The notes: generated by a model from the letters alone, not told the origin. Positions 15,795-25,292 are shown, counted from the first letter of the stretch. The stretch: 38,404 nucleotides of DNA from Candidatus Uhrbacteria bacterium RIFOXYB12_FULL_58_10 (GCA_943357025.1 CALRGA010000003.1:1-38404), one strand, 5' to 3'. A program made the numbers and translations.

Positions 15795-17963
15795 TTATTC
15801 CGCGAGCCTCCTGCGCAATGCGATGATCGCCTGCTTTTCCTCATTGGCCTGTCTCAGCCGCGACGCGAGATCGGCAACCTTTCGCTCCCGCGCGATTCCA
15901 AACCTCTGCGCGCGCATAAGTTTCTCTTCCAGTTGGCGGATCCGGACGTGCGATTCGATCAGCTCGTCTCGAACGGAACGAACGTCTCGGTCCTTGTCGC
16001 GCGCCGCGCGAATTTCGTCGTTCACGAACGCCTCTATTTCCCCGAGCAGGTTGATCGGGGACGCCTCGGACACGGCCCAGGAACGCAGGCGCACCTCCCC
16101 TCCCCGCTCCGCAAATACAGACTTCTTGGAATGGTCGATGAGCGACTCCACCTGCTGGCGTCGCGCCGGATCCTGGTACGACGAATCGCGCATCTCGTTG
16201 ATGAGCAGCATCAGCCGGTTCACGGACTTTGACTCCTCGAGGGAGACGTCCGCGGCCGCGGTCAGGATCTCCGCCTTCCGGTTTGCCACCTCGGACGGGT
16301 TTGAGAGAACGTCGGATGAAACGGCTCCGGCGCGAACCATGTCGTCCCATACCGCGTCGACGAGCGGGCGGTCCGCGTATCCGTAATTGAACACCAGCTT
16401 GGTCGGCGCGTACTCGCGCCTGGATAGGGGCCCGGACGGGATGCGGCCCGCGTCGTGCCGCGACCGCGCGATCGCGCGAATGACCGCGCGCGCCGCCTCC
16501 GCGTCCCCGTCGATCGCGATCGTGAACTCGTCGCCGCCATAGCGGTACACCTCGCCGCGAACCCCCGCGACCCCGAGCGCCTTCTCCATGGCGTCCGCCG
16601 CGGTACGCAGCGCCGCGTCGCCAACGTCGACCCCTCCCTTCTGGTCGAAGTATTTTAAAAATCCCATGTCCACGAACACGACGGAAAGATTCTCGCCCTT
16701 TTGAATGCGCGCCTCGAGCCGCTCATAATATTCTCCGCGCTCCAACAGGCCCGTTCCCGCGTCGCGGCGGGCGCGCTCAATCTCCCAATCCAGGCGGGCA
16801 ACCTCCGCGCCCCTTTCGGAACCGCCTTTCCGCGCGGACTCGTAAGCCAAGCGCGCGTTCTCGAGCGCGCGCTGCCCGATCGTCAGCGTCGGGACGTCCG
16901 CGAGACGGACGTCCGCGGAAGAAACGGACCGGACGCCTGGTTCCGCGGAGTTAAGCTCGCGCATCTCCGCCCGTCGCGCCTCCACGCGCGTCGCGACGAT
17001 GTCACGAACGATCCCGTCGAACGAGCGATCTCCTACGAAACGCCTGCGCGCCCGTTCGAATGCGACGCGTTCCACGGTCGCGCGAAAGTTCTCGGGACCC
17101 GCGGACGCAAGCAGGGACCGAAACGCGTCGACGCTCGACAGCTCGGTCTCCGCGAACGACTTCTTCATGTAGTTCTCAAAAAACGCCTCTGCGTCCGGGT
17201 CGTCGAGCTTCGCGGCCACGCGTTCCGCGCGCGTCACGAGCTTCTCGTTCTCCAGGGACCAGTCCGCAAGACGCCGTACCGCCCCCACGAGCTCGCGAGA
17301 CAGGTCGTCCGCGTCGAATTCCATCCCGAGCCCGGCCTCCTCGGCCCGAACGATGGAAAGCGCCTCGGACAGATCCACGCGCACAGACGTCAGCGGCGCC
17401 CCCTCGCGCACGCCCGAAACCATTGGACGCGAGGACTCGATCCGGAGCCGGATCTCGTCGGCCTTGGATTCCGAGACGTCGTCGAACGACACGACGTACT
17501 CGTTTCCGCTGTATCGAAACACCTTGTACGACGGCGCGTCCTTCCCTCCCGCTTCCCGGATCGCGCGTTCGATCGTCCGCACGGTCTCGCGGAGCGCGGC
17601 GTCTCCCGCCTCGTGCCCGCCGCCCTCCTTGTTGAAACGGTCGAGCTCGCCCATGTTCACGAACAGAAGGCGCCTGTCCGCCGCCTGCTCGGCGGAAATA
17701 CCCTTTGCGGCGAGCGCGGCCGTCTCGCGTCCGAATTTCTTGAACTTGAACGCCCCTGCCGCGTCGTGCTCGGAACGGAACAAGCGCAATTTCTTTTCCG
17801 CGATCCAAAACGCGTCCCGGAGCGCCGTATCGTCGGAGCGTTCCGAAAAGGCCTGCCGCGTCGTCCGCAGCTCGTCGCGAAGGCGCACGAACTCGTCCGC
17901 GCCGGATACGCCGAATCGTTTGTCTTCCCCCATTTTCGCGGCGGATGATTCCCCTGTGGTCAT
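15795..17963 (-). CDS. tandem GGDEF-domain protein (degenerate SGNEY domain plus GGDEF domain)
   Basis: Domain 1 LFVNMGELDRFNKEGGGHEAGDAAL...FRYSGNEY; domain 2 DAGTGLLER...VFVDMGFLKYFDQKGGVDVGDAAL...YRYGGDEF; C-terminal coiled coil. Confidence 0.85.
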   Translation of the reverse strand: MTTGESSAAKMGEDKRFGVSGADEFVRLRDELRTTRQAFSERSDDTALRDAFWIAEKKLRLFRSEHDAAGAFKFKKFGRETAALAAKGISAEQAADRRLLFVNMGELDRFNKEGGGHEAGDAALRETVRTIERAIREAGGKDAPSYKVFRYSGNEYVVSFDDVSESKADEIRLRIESSRPMVSGVREGAPLTSVRVDLSEALSIVRAEEAGLGMEFDADDLSRELVGAVRRLADWSLENEKLVTRAERVAAKLDDPDAEAFFENYMKKSFAETELSSVDAFRSLLASAGPENFRATVERVAFERARRRFVGDRSFDGIVRDIVATRVEARRAEMRELNSAEPGVRSVSSADVRLADVPTLTIGQRALENARLAYESARKGGSERGAEVARLDWEIERARRDAGTGLLERGEYYERLEARIQKGENLSVVFVDMGFLKYFDQKGGVDVGDAALRTAADAMEKALGVAGVRGEVYRYGGDEFTIAIDGDAEAARAVIRAIARSRHDAGRIPSGPLSRREYAPTKLVFNYGYADRPLVDAVWDDMVRAGAVSSDVLSNPSEVANRKAEILTAAADVSLEESKSVNRLMLLINEMRDSSYQDPARRQQVESLIDHSKKSVFAERGGEVRLRSWAVSEASPINLLGEIEAFVNDEIRAARDKDRDVRSVRDELIESHVRIRQLEEKLMRAQRFGIARERKVADLASRLRQANEEKQAIIALRRRLAE

Positions 17964-17969
17964 AGGACC

Positions 17970-20900
17970 CTATTCTACCACGACGTTCTGCCTCCCCACG
18001 ATCCCCGCGATCTCGTCGATCACCTGGGTCGTGGCGATAATCGAGTACTCCGTCTCGATCTTGCGCGTCTGCCCGCCCGACTCCACGAGCAGGCACACGC
18101 GTCTCGGCCCGGGATTCGCGCGAAGGATTCCGCGCAGCCGCTCGACCATATCGTGCTCGGGCCGCCCGCGGAGGGCGATAGAGAGCGACGGAGTGGCGGA
18201 GTGATTGAGTGGCGGAGTGGCGAGAGACGTTTCCTTCTTAAACTTCGCCCGCTGCTCCTCGTCGATCCATCCGCCCGACCTCATCAGCTCCGCGAGTCCG
18301 GCGGCCTCGCTGTCCGAAACGAGCACGAGGCTGTTCGCGATGAGCGCGACCTCCTCTCCATTCGTCTTATCCGCCCCATCCGTCCCGTCGTCCGGCCCCG
18401 CCGACCTATCCGTCTTTCTCCGAGATATTTTCGCCGACACGACCATGATCGTGTCCGGCAGCAGAGAATCCTTGAACTGCGCGAACGTCCTCGGGAACAC
18501 GAGCAGCTCCGTCTTTCCCGTGAGGTCCTCGAACCCGACGAACGCCATGGCGTCGCCCTTCTTCGTGACGATTTCCTTCACCGTCGTGATGATCCCGCCC
18601 ACGCGGACGAACTCCGCGTCGGGCTTCGTGATCGCGACCGCGACGGAGAGGACGGTGTCGCCGAGCTGCTTCGCCACGTCCTCGTAGGGATGCGCCGACA
18701 CGAAGAGGCCGAGCAGCTCCTTTTCCCACTGCAGCACGTCGCGCTTGGCGGCCGGCGGGACGACGCGGAGCGTGATCCCGGAGGTCGCCACGGACGGCGC
18801 GGAGTCGAACAGGCTTCCCTGGTTCGTCGTCAGCTGTTTCTGCGCGTCCTTGTTGAACAGCAGGATCCGGTCCATGTTCTCCAAAAGCTGATTGCGGTCT
18901 CCGAACCGGTCGAGCGCGCCGACTTTGACGAGCGCCTCGATGGACTTCTTGTTGAACGCCCGGTGGTGCACGCGCCGCGCGAAGTCGGCAAGGTCGAGGA
19001 ACGGGCCCCCTCGGCCCTGAGCGGAGTCGAAGGGTTTCTCGCGCTCGGCGATGATCGACTCGATCACCTCCTCGCCCAGGTTCTTGATCGCGATCAGCCC
19101 GAAGCGGATCGTCTTGTCGTCGATGTACGTGAAGGTCAGCCGAGACTCGTTGATGTCCGGTGAAAGCACGTCGATTCCCATCCGCCGGCACTCCGTCACG
19201 GCCTCCGCGACCTTCTCGATGTCCGAGGACTCCGCCGTCATGATCGACGTCATGTACTCCGCCGGAAAGTTCGCCTTCATGTACGCCGTGTCGTACGCGA
19301 TCATGCCGTAGCTCGCGGCATGCGCCTTGTTGAACCCGTACGCCGCGAACGGCTCGATGAGCTTCCAGATGTCCTGGGCCTTCGCCATCGTCATCCCGTG
19401 CTCGACGAAACCGCTCAGCAGCTTCTCCTTCTGCTTCTGCATCTCCTCCGGAATCTTCTTTCCCATCGCCTTGCGCAGCTTGTCCGCGTCGAGCCAGGAG
19501 TAGCCGGCCAGGTGGATGGCGATGAGCATCACGTCGTCCTGGTACACGATGACGCCGTACGACTGGTCGAGGATATCCTTCATCCGCGGGTCCATGAACT
19601 TCACGAGGCTCGGGTTGTGCTTGCGGCGGATGTACTCGGGGATCGACTCGATCGGGCCCGGGCGGTAGAGCGCGACCATGGCCATGATGTCCTCGACGCG
19701 CTCGGGGCGGAGGTCCATCAGGTACTTGGTCATCCCGTCGCCGTTGAGCTGGAACGTTCCCATCGTCTTGCCGGCCGCGAGCAGCTCGAACGTCTTCGCG
19801 TCGTCGACCGGGATCTTTTCGAGGACCACGTCCGCGTTCTTCGTCTGCTTCACGAGCCTGATCGCGTCACCCAGAATCGAAAGATTTCGAATCCCAAGGA
19901 AGTCCATCTTCACGAGACCCGCCGACTCGACGGCGTGCATCTCGTACTGCGTGATGGTCTTTCCCTCGCGGGTGTCGATCTGCAGCGGGGTGAAGTCCGT
20001 GAGCGCGGTGGGCGAGATGACCACGCCGGCGGCGTGGATGGAGACGTGGCGCGCGCATCCCTCGACCTGGCGGGCGAGGTCGACGAGGCGGTGGACCTCC
20101 GCGTTCACGTCGTACAGCTTCTTCAGCTCCGGCGCCTCGGCGAGCGCGATCTCGAGCGTCATCGGGAACCCCTGGCTCCCCATCGGGACCATCTTCGAGA
20201 TCTTGTCGACGAACTGATATTCATACCCGAGGACACGACCGACGTCGCGGATCGATCCGCGCGCCGCCATCGTCCCGAACGTGCAGATCTGCGCCACCTT
20301 GTCGGCGCCGTACTTTTCGGTGACGTACGCGAGCATCTCGTCGCGCCGGTTGTCGGCGAAGTCGGCATCGACGTCGGGAGCGGACGGCCGCTCGGGGTTG
20401 AGGAAGCGCTCGAACGGGAGCTTGTAAGTGAGCGGGTTGACCGTCGAGATCCCGATCGAGAACCCCACGAGCGACCCTGCGGCCGATCCGCGCGTCGTCG
20501 TGACGATCCCGTTGCGCCGCGCCCACTCGATGTAGTCGGACACGATCAAAAAGTACGGGCAGAACCCCTTCTGCTCGATGATCGCCAGCTCGTAATCGAG
20601 GCGCTTGGTCATCACCTCGGTGAGCGTCCCGCCGACCTTCTCGGGAAGCTCGGCGTACGCGCGGGCCGTGAGCACGTCGAGAAACGTCTTCCCTTCCGGA
20701 ATCTTGAACTCCGGAAAATTCCATTTGCCAAGCTCGAGCTCGACGGTACAGCGGTCCGCGATCTTGCGCGTGTTCTCGATCGCCTCGGGCACGTCCTTGA
20801 ACCGCTCGGCCATGTACTCGCCCGAAACGAGCGACGCGTCGAAGTCGTACTGCTGCTGGCGCTCGTACGCTTCCAATGTCCTTTGTCCCTTGATGCAGTT

Positions 20901-21569
20901 GAGGACTTTCCATGCCTCGACGTCGCCGGGCTTGAGGTAGTAGACGTTCTTCGTCGCGACGACCGGCACGCCCATCTCCTTCCCAAGCTCGACCAGCGTC
21001 GCGTTGATCGCCTCCTGCTCCGCGATCTCCGGACGGTCGACGAGCTCGAGGAAGAAATTCCCGTCGCCGAAGATCTCGACGTACTCGCGAATCAGCATCT
21101 TGGCGCGCTCCCTGTTTTGCGAGTTGATCGCGTTCTCGATTTCTCCCGCATGGCCTCCGGACAGCGCGATGATCCCCTTCCCAAGCGAACGCAAAACTTC
21201 CTTGTCGATGCGCGGCTTGTAATAGAACCCCTCGAGAAACCCGATCGACGCGATCTTCAGCATGTTCTGGTACCCCTCCCGCGTCTCGGCCAAGAGGACA
21301 ATCCGATAGTTCTTCGTGTCGATCTTCGCCCGCTTCTCGAGCCGCCCCTCGATCCCAAGGTACGCGTCCATCCCAAAGATCGGCTTCACCCCCGCGTCCT
21401 TCGCCTTCTGGTAGAACTCAATCAGCCCGTACATCGCCCCGTTGTCGGTTATCGCCACCGCGTCCATCCCATGCTTGAGGATGTGCTTCAAAATCTCCTT
21501 GGGCTTCGGCAAAGCCTCAAGAAGCGAATAATGGCTGTGGACATGCAGGTGGACGAAGGGGCTGGGCAT
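17970..21569 (-). CDS. dnaE: DNA polymerase III alpha subunit
   Basis: FVHLHVHSHYSLL (PHP), RGSAAGSLV, FERFLNPER, PDVDADF, KMDFLG, FNKAHAASY, OB fold. Confidence 0.98.
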   Translation of the reverse strand: MPSPFVHLHVHSHYSLLEALPKPKEILKHILKHGMDAVAITDNGAMYGLIEFYQKAKDAGVKPIFGMDAYLGIEGRLEKRAKIDTKNYRIVLLAETREGYQNMLKIASIGFLEGFYYKPRIDKEVLRSLGKGIIALSGGHAGEIENAINSQNRERAKMLIREYVEIFGDGNFFLELVDRPEIAEQEAINATLVELGKEMGVPVVATKNVYYLKPGDVEAWKVLNCIKGQRTLEAYERQQQYDFDASLVSGEYMAERFKDVPEAIENTRKIADRCTVELELGKWNFPEFKIPEGKTFLDVLTARAYAELPEKVGGTLTEVMTKRLDYELAIIEQKGFCPYFLIVSDYIEWARRNGIVTTTRGSAAGSLVGFSIGISTVNPLTYKLPFERFLNPERPSAPDVDADFADNRRDEMLAYVTEKYGADKVAQICTFGTMAARGSIRDVGRVLGYEYQFVDKISKMVPMGSQGFPMTLEIALAEAPELKKLYDVNAEVHRLVDLARQVEGCARHVSIHAAGVVISPTALTDFTPLQIDTREGKTITQYEMHAVESAGLVKMDFLGIRNLSILGDAIRLVKQTKNADVVLEKIPVDDAKTFELLAAGKTMGTFQLNGDGMTKYLMDLRPERVEDIMAMVALYRPGPIESIPEYIRRKHNPSLVKFMDPRMKDILDQSYGVIVYQDDVMLIAIHLAGYSWLDADKLRKAMGKKIPEEMQKQKEKLLSGFVEHGMTMAKAQDIWKLIEPFAAYGFNKAHAASYGMIAYDTAYMKANFPAEYMTSIMTAESSDIEKVAEAVTECRRMGIDVLSPDINESRLTFTYIDDKTIRFGLIAIKNLGEEVIESIIAEREKPFDSAQGRGGPFLDLADFARRVHHRAFNKKSIEALVKVGALDRFGDRNQLLENMDRILLFNKDAQKQLTTNQGSLFDSAPSVATSGITLRVVPPAAKRDVLQWEKELLGLFVSAHPYEDVAKQLGDTVLSVAVAITKPDAEFVRVGGIITTVKEIVTKKGDAMAFVGFEDLTGKTELLVFPRTFAQFKDSLLPDTIMVVSAKISRRKTDRSAGPDDGTDGADKTNGEEVALIANSLVLVSDSEAAGLAELMRSGGWIDEEQRAKFKKETSLATPPLNHSATPSLSIALRGRPEHDMVERLRGILRANPGPRRVCLLVESGGQTRKIETEYSIIATTQVIDEIAGIVGRQNVVVE
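18183..18222. repeat. 8-nt tandem repeat in frame in the dnaE C-terminal linker
   Basis: GAGCGACG GAGTGGCG GAGTGATT GAGTGGCG GAGTGGCG, encoding ATPPLNHSATPS. Confidence 0.75.
18360..18416. repeat. degenerate 9-nt repeat in frame in a dnaE OB-fold loop
   Basis: ATTCGTCTT ATCCGCCCC ATCCGTCCC ... ATCCGTCTT, encoding KTDRSAGPDDGTDGADKTN. Confidence 0.55.
19015..19034. repeat. REP-like 20-bp palindromic unit inserted in frame in dnaE
   Basis: CCCTGAGCGGAGTCGAAGGG (terminal CCCT/AGGG); adds PFDSAQGR into the usual ER.xGGPF motif. Confidence 0.7.
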
Positions 21570-21704
21570 ATTCAGCCACGAGCTTACCATTGTCGCGATC
21601 AAGATCAAAGGACGTCGGGGCGCGCTGACCCGATCTATCTAATATTTCTCATTTTCCTTAAAATACAAGGCGAACGAATGCCTATGAAGCCAAAGGGGAA
21701 TGAC

Positions 21705-23036
21705 ATGGAGACTCCGCGGGAACGCCCACCGGCCGCAACCGTGGAAACGGGCAAGCCGCCCGTCGAGAATCTGCCAAAGTCTCCGCCGTCCGCGGCGGAA
21801 CGACTTCTTGCCGTTTCAAAAAGACGGGAGTACGCGACGGGACAGTCGAAACTCGTGCGCAAGGCAATCGAGGGCGATTTGAATCTGTACGAAATGCATC
21901 GAAAAAAATACGGCCTTCCTCCGGATATACGCCCCACTCCCGCAAGCCTGGCAAACCAGGAACGCGCGGCGTCGCTCGACGGGCAAGCCGCAGAAACGAC
22001 TCGGAAGGAGCGCGGTCTGCGCCGTCTCAACTCTGCGATCGATTCCATAAAGCCAATGAACGACCCGACCGTCATCGAGAAGCACAATCGGCTTTTTCCA
22101 GATCCCAAGGATAATCCAGCCGCTCCGCAGTATTTGGTTATCGATCGACCGAAGGGAACCATTTTTGGCGTCAGCCACGGGAAGAATCCCGAAGGCTCTA
22201 CGATCCAGAAGCTGTACGAGACGATCCCATCGGTTGCCGAAATGCCCGCCAACCTCGTCTTCATGGTCGAGGGCGAGCACAGCGGAATCAACCGCGAAGA
22301 AGCGCTAAAGCGGGTCGAAAAAATGACAAGCCGCGACGAGGCCGTCAAAAAATACGGCGAAAGCGGCGCGGCGTTTTGGGCCGTGAAGGAGGCGAACGAC
22401 GCGGGAAAAACAGTTGAGATTAATTCGCCGGAGGCTCCGAACGCATGGATCATCGACCGGGTATCCAACAAGAACGCGGAGGACATCGCGCTATACCTGA
22501 CGCTCCGACAGTTTACGTCGGACATCGGGCAGGCCAAGGACGGACCGACCGCGGAAGAACGGCTAGAGAAGTTCGTCAGGACGTTCGTCCATGTCCAGCG
22601 CACGACGGGCGTGGACTGGATGAAAAACGCGTCGGTCGACGAATATACAAATGTGAAAGACAATCCGGTTGCGCTTAATTCTTGGCTGAAGAAAAAGGCC
22701 AGCGAGTTTCTCGAAGGAATGAACGCGCGGCTCATGTCAGAGGGACTCGTTGACAAACAGATCGTCCCGGACGTCGACGCACTCATTAACGTCGACCTAG
22801 AGCGCATTTCAATGAGAGACATCAACGAGCTGCACTCCCCAATGGACACGGGAAAACGCGATTCGATCATCAACAAAATCTCGACCGAATGGAACGGCGC
22901 GCGCGACCGGTTCCTCGTCGAGCAGATCGCCAAGGCGGTCGACGATGGCAAGAAGCCGTTTGTGATCTTCGGCGGGGCGCACGTGGCAAGCATTGAGAAG
23001 GCGGTTGACACGCTGCTGAAGGGGGATGACGAGTAG
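21705..23036 (+). CDS. hypothetical protein with a C-terminal TraB/GumN/TIKI (EreA/ChaN)-like domain
   Basis: 3' part of ORF 19320..23036 (alternative ATGs 21678, 21684); motifs FGVSHG, FMVEG, ARDRFLVEQI, FVIFGGAHV. Confidence 0.65.
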   Translation: METPRERPPAATVETGKPPVENLPKSPPSAAERLLAVSKRREYATGQSKLVRKAIEGDLNLYEMHRKKYGLPPDIRPTPASLANQERAASLDGQAAETTRKERGLRRLNSAIDSIKPMNDPTVIEKHNRLFPDPKDNPAAPQYLVIDRPKGTIFGVSHGKNPEGSTIQKLYETIPSVAEMPANLVFMVEGEHSGINREEALKRVEKMTSRDEAVKKYGESGAAFWAVKEANDAGKTVEINSPEAPNAWIIDRVSNKNAEDIALYLTLRQFTSDIGQAKDGPTAEERLEKFVRTFVHVQRTTGVDWMKNASVDEYTNVKDNPVALNSWLKKKASEFLEGMNARLMSEGLVDKQIVPDVDALINVDLERISMRDINELHSPMDTGKRDSIINKISTEWNGARDRFLVEQIAKAVDDGKKPFVIFGGAHVASIEKAVDTLLKGDDE

Positions 23037-23069
23037 AAACAACCAAAAAAGTACGATATACTGTCCGAT

Positions 23070-23261
23070 ATGGAACGAACACCCGAGGAAATTGTCGCGG
23101 AAACGATACGGATATCGAAGGAATACGATCAAAAGATGGCGGAGTTGGACCGGCAGCGGAAGGAGGTTATAGCCACGACCGTCCATGCGGCGGAACAGAG
23201 AGGGGTTTCGAAGGTGCGGGCGTTTATCCTCGGCCTATTCAATCGTAAGCAAGACGTATGA
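23070..23261 (+). CDS. small helical protein (63 aa), paralogue of 25293..25469
   Basis: TATACT 7 nt upstream of the ATG; ATGA overlap with the next gene. Confidence 0.7.
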   Translation: MERTPEEIVAETIRISKEYDQKMAELDRQRKEVIATTVHAAEQRGVSKVRAFILGLFNRKQDV

Positions 23262-23728
23262 GCGATATCGAGAACGTCGAGGCGCGCGCGGCGGCACCCG
23301 CCGAAACGCAGAAACCCACCGTGGAAAACAAGGAAGGACAGGTTCCCAACCCGGACAAGCTGGCAGACATCGACGAGCCAAAGTCCGTCGATCAGTTCGG
23401 GCAGTATTACAGGGATCTTCTCAATGGAACGGATCACTCGCTGGAGCGACAAAAGGAAGCGGCCCAAAAAGTGAACGAGCTGGCATTAAAACACGCGGAC
23501 AGGCAGGCGATCCAGTCGAAGATGTTCATAAAGAACTCAACGGAAACGGTCTACATGGCCCTTGGGAGGATCGGCGACGAGCTCAACGCGGGAGCGGACG
23601 CCGAGACGAAGCTCGGGGAGATCCAGGCCGTCATGGACAGCCTGTTGGCCGAGCAGCGCGAAAAGCTGAACGCCTTGAAGGTAGACGCCCCGGAGGCTGC
23701 CGACGAGGAAACCGAACAGGCCGCGTAA
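23258..23728 (+). CDS. hypothetical acidic helical protein (156 aa)
   Basis: Coupled start, high-GC3 codon usage. Confidence 0.7.
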   Translation: MSDIENVEARAAAPAETQKPTVENKEGQVPNPDKLADIDEPKSVDQFGQYYRDLLNGTDHSLERQKEAAQKVNELALKHADRQAIQSKMFIKNSTETVYMALGRIGDELNAGADAETKLGEIQAVMDSLLAEQREKLNALKVDAPEAADEETEQAA

Positions 23729-23749
23729 CTATTCTCATAACCCGAACGT

Positions 23750-24334
23750 ATGAACGCACGAAAACCCGAGGGATTTCAGCCAAGCATGGAAGTGCCGGAA
23801 CCGCCGCAAACGAAGGAGGATAGCGACGCGCGGGGGGTTTATAATGATTTCATGAAGGCTGGAGACAAAATCAATGACGCGGCGGCGAGGATGGAAGCCC
23901 AGCGCGCGCAGTACGACGCGATCCAGGCGAAGATGAACGCGCCGAAGGTCGTGAAGAGCGCCTGGCAGCGCGGGATGGACGCGATCGGCGCAAAGATGGC
24001 CGAGCTGAAGAAAAAGACGATGGAGGCCGTCACGGGCGTGAAGCAGGACGCGTTCGAGGAGATGATGACGAATCCCGCGTTTGACGTCCCGAAGAAATTT
24101 GATGACGCTGACAACGATTTCTTCGCGAAGGGCGACCGGATGAATTCCGAGGCCGCTGAGCGCGCGCAGTACGACTCGATGCAAAAGAAGATCAAGGCGC
24201 AGGAGAATCGCAACACGAAGCCGGCGAGCGAACTGACGGGCGATTTCAAGGAGATGATGGACAGCCCGGATTGGCAGATCAAGCCGGCCGCGGAAACGGC
24301 CGAGGAATCCAAGGACGACAAGGCCGCCGCCTAA
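23750..24334 (+). CDS. hypothetical hydrophilic protein with an internal repeat (194 aa)
   Basis: DFMKAGDKIN...RAQYDAIQAKMNA and DFFAKGDRMN...RAQYDSMQKKIKA. Confidence 0.72.
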   Translation: MNARKPEGFQPSMEVPEPPQTKEDSDARGVYNDFMKAGDKINDAAARMEAQRAQYDAIQAKMNAPKVVKSAWQRGMDAIGAKMAELKKKTMEAVTGVKQDAFEEMMTNPAFDVPKKFDDADNDFFAKGDRMNSEAAERAQYDSMQKKIKAQENRNTKPASELTGDFKEMMDSPDWQIKPAAETAEESKDDKAAA

Positions 24335-24343
24335 CCGCCGACT

Positions 24344-25282
24344 ATGCCTACGGACCCGCGCGTCGCAGAGCTCCCTGGATTCGTCCTGCTTCGGGACAAA
24401 CTCCCTCGATTCCATGACGAAGTCGCGCGGCTTGTCGCGTCGAGCTCGTTCGGGCTGCGCCCGAACGGGCCGGCGCTCGACCAGATGGCCGAGTTTATTG
24501 AGCCGGCCGAGCTTGAGGTTTTCGCCGGGGCGATCGACCTGTTCTACGAGAAGCACGCCTGGCCGAGGACGACGCTCATTTCCCTTCTTCAGAACTCACG
24601 GCTGTCGCGCGCCGCTCTGATCGACGGCGACCGATTCCCGACGGCCTACCGCAACGTCGTCGAGCAGCTCGACGAGCTTTTGCAATTCAAGCACCTCTGG
24701 ACCGCGCACGGTTCCGTCTCCGACCTGGTCGCGACGATTGTCAACCAGCCCGCGTTCGCTCGGCTCGACGGCGCCTCGCTTGGCAAGCTCGTCTACGCGC
24801 TCAAGAACCAGGCCGACCAGGAATCACTCGCCGCGGCCGAGTTCTCCGTGCTCCTCGCCGTCGACTGGGTGCGAAACGCCGTGCCATCGACCACGCTCGC
24901 CGACCTCGTGGCGCAGCGAATGGTCGAGCCCGCCGTCGCGGCCGAACTTCTCAAGAAGGTCGCCGAAACGGACAAATATCCCTTCTTTCAAATCGACCTC
25001 CTCGCCCACGTCCTCGAGTCCGTCGACGAGCCCGCGTTCCGCTCCTATCTCCTCGGCCCGCGGACCGGGACGCTTTCGACGACGTCCCTCGACAAGCTGC
25101 TCCTCCGCCTCGCCCAGTCGAACCCGAACGGATTCGCGAAACTGTTCCTCCGCGGCCGATCGACGTTCAAAAAGAAATTCCAGCCGGCCGGAATGTTTAC
25201 GAGCGAGAAGGAAATCTACCGACTCTGCTGGGGCAAGGTCGGCCTCTGGGACAAGCTGATGGCAACCTTTTTTCCCGGCTAA
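24344..25282 (+). CDS. hypothetical alpha-helical protein (312 aa)
   Basis: Tight spacing with neighbours; Leu/Ala-rich helices; no recognised motif. Confidence 0.72.
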   Translation: MPTDPRVAELPGFVLLRDKLPRFHDEVARLVASSSFGLRPNGPALDQMAEFIEPAELEVFAGAIDLFYEKHAWPRTTLISLLQNSRLSRAALIDGDRFPTAYRNVVEQLDELLQFKHLWTAHGSVSDLVATIVNQPAFARLDGASLGKLVYALKNQADQESLAAAEFSVLLAVDWVRNAVPSTTLADLVAQRMVEPAVAAELLKKVAETDKYPFFQIDLLAHVLESVDEPAFRSYLLGPRTGTLSTTSLDKLLLRLAQSNPNGFAKLFLRGRSTFKKKFQPAGMFTSEKEIYRLCWGKVGLWDKLMATFFPG

Positions 25283-25292
25283 CCAATTCCCT

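Noticed and set aside
15795-17963. Cas10 / type III CRISPR polymerase
   Set aside because: The signature is GGDEF with DGC-type upstream motifs; no HD domain, zinc finger, other cas genes or array
19320-21677. N-terminal ~790 aa of the 1238-aa + strand ORF
   Set aside because: Antisense shadow of dnaE in high-GC DNA; only the part from about 21678-21705 is a plausible gene
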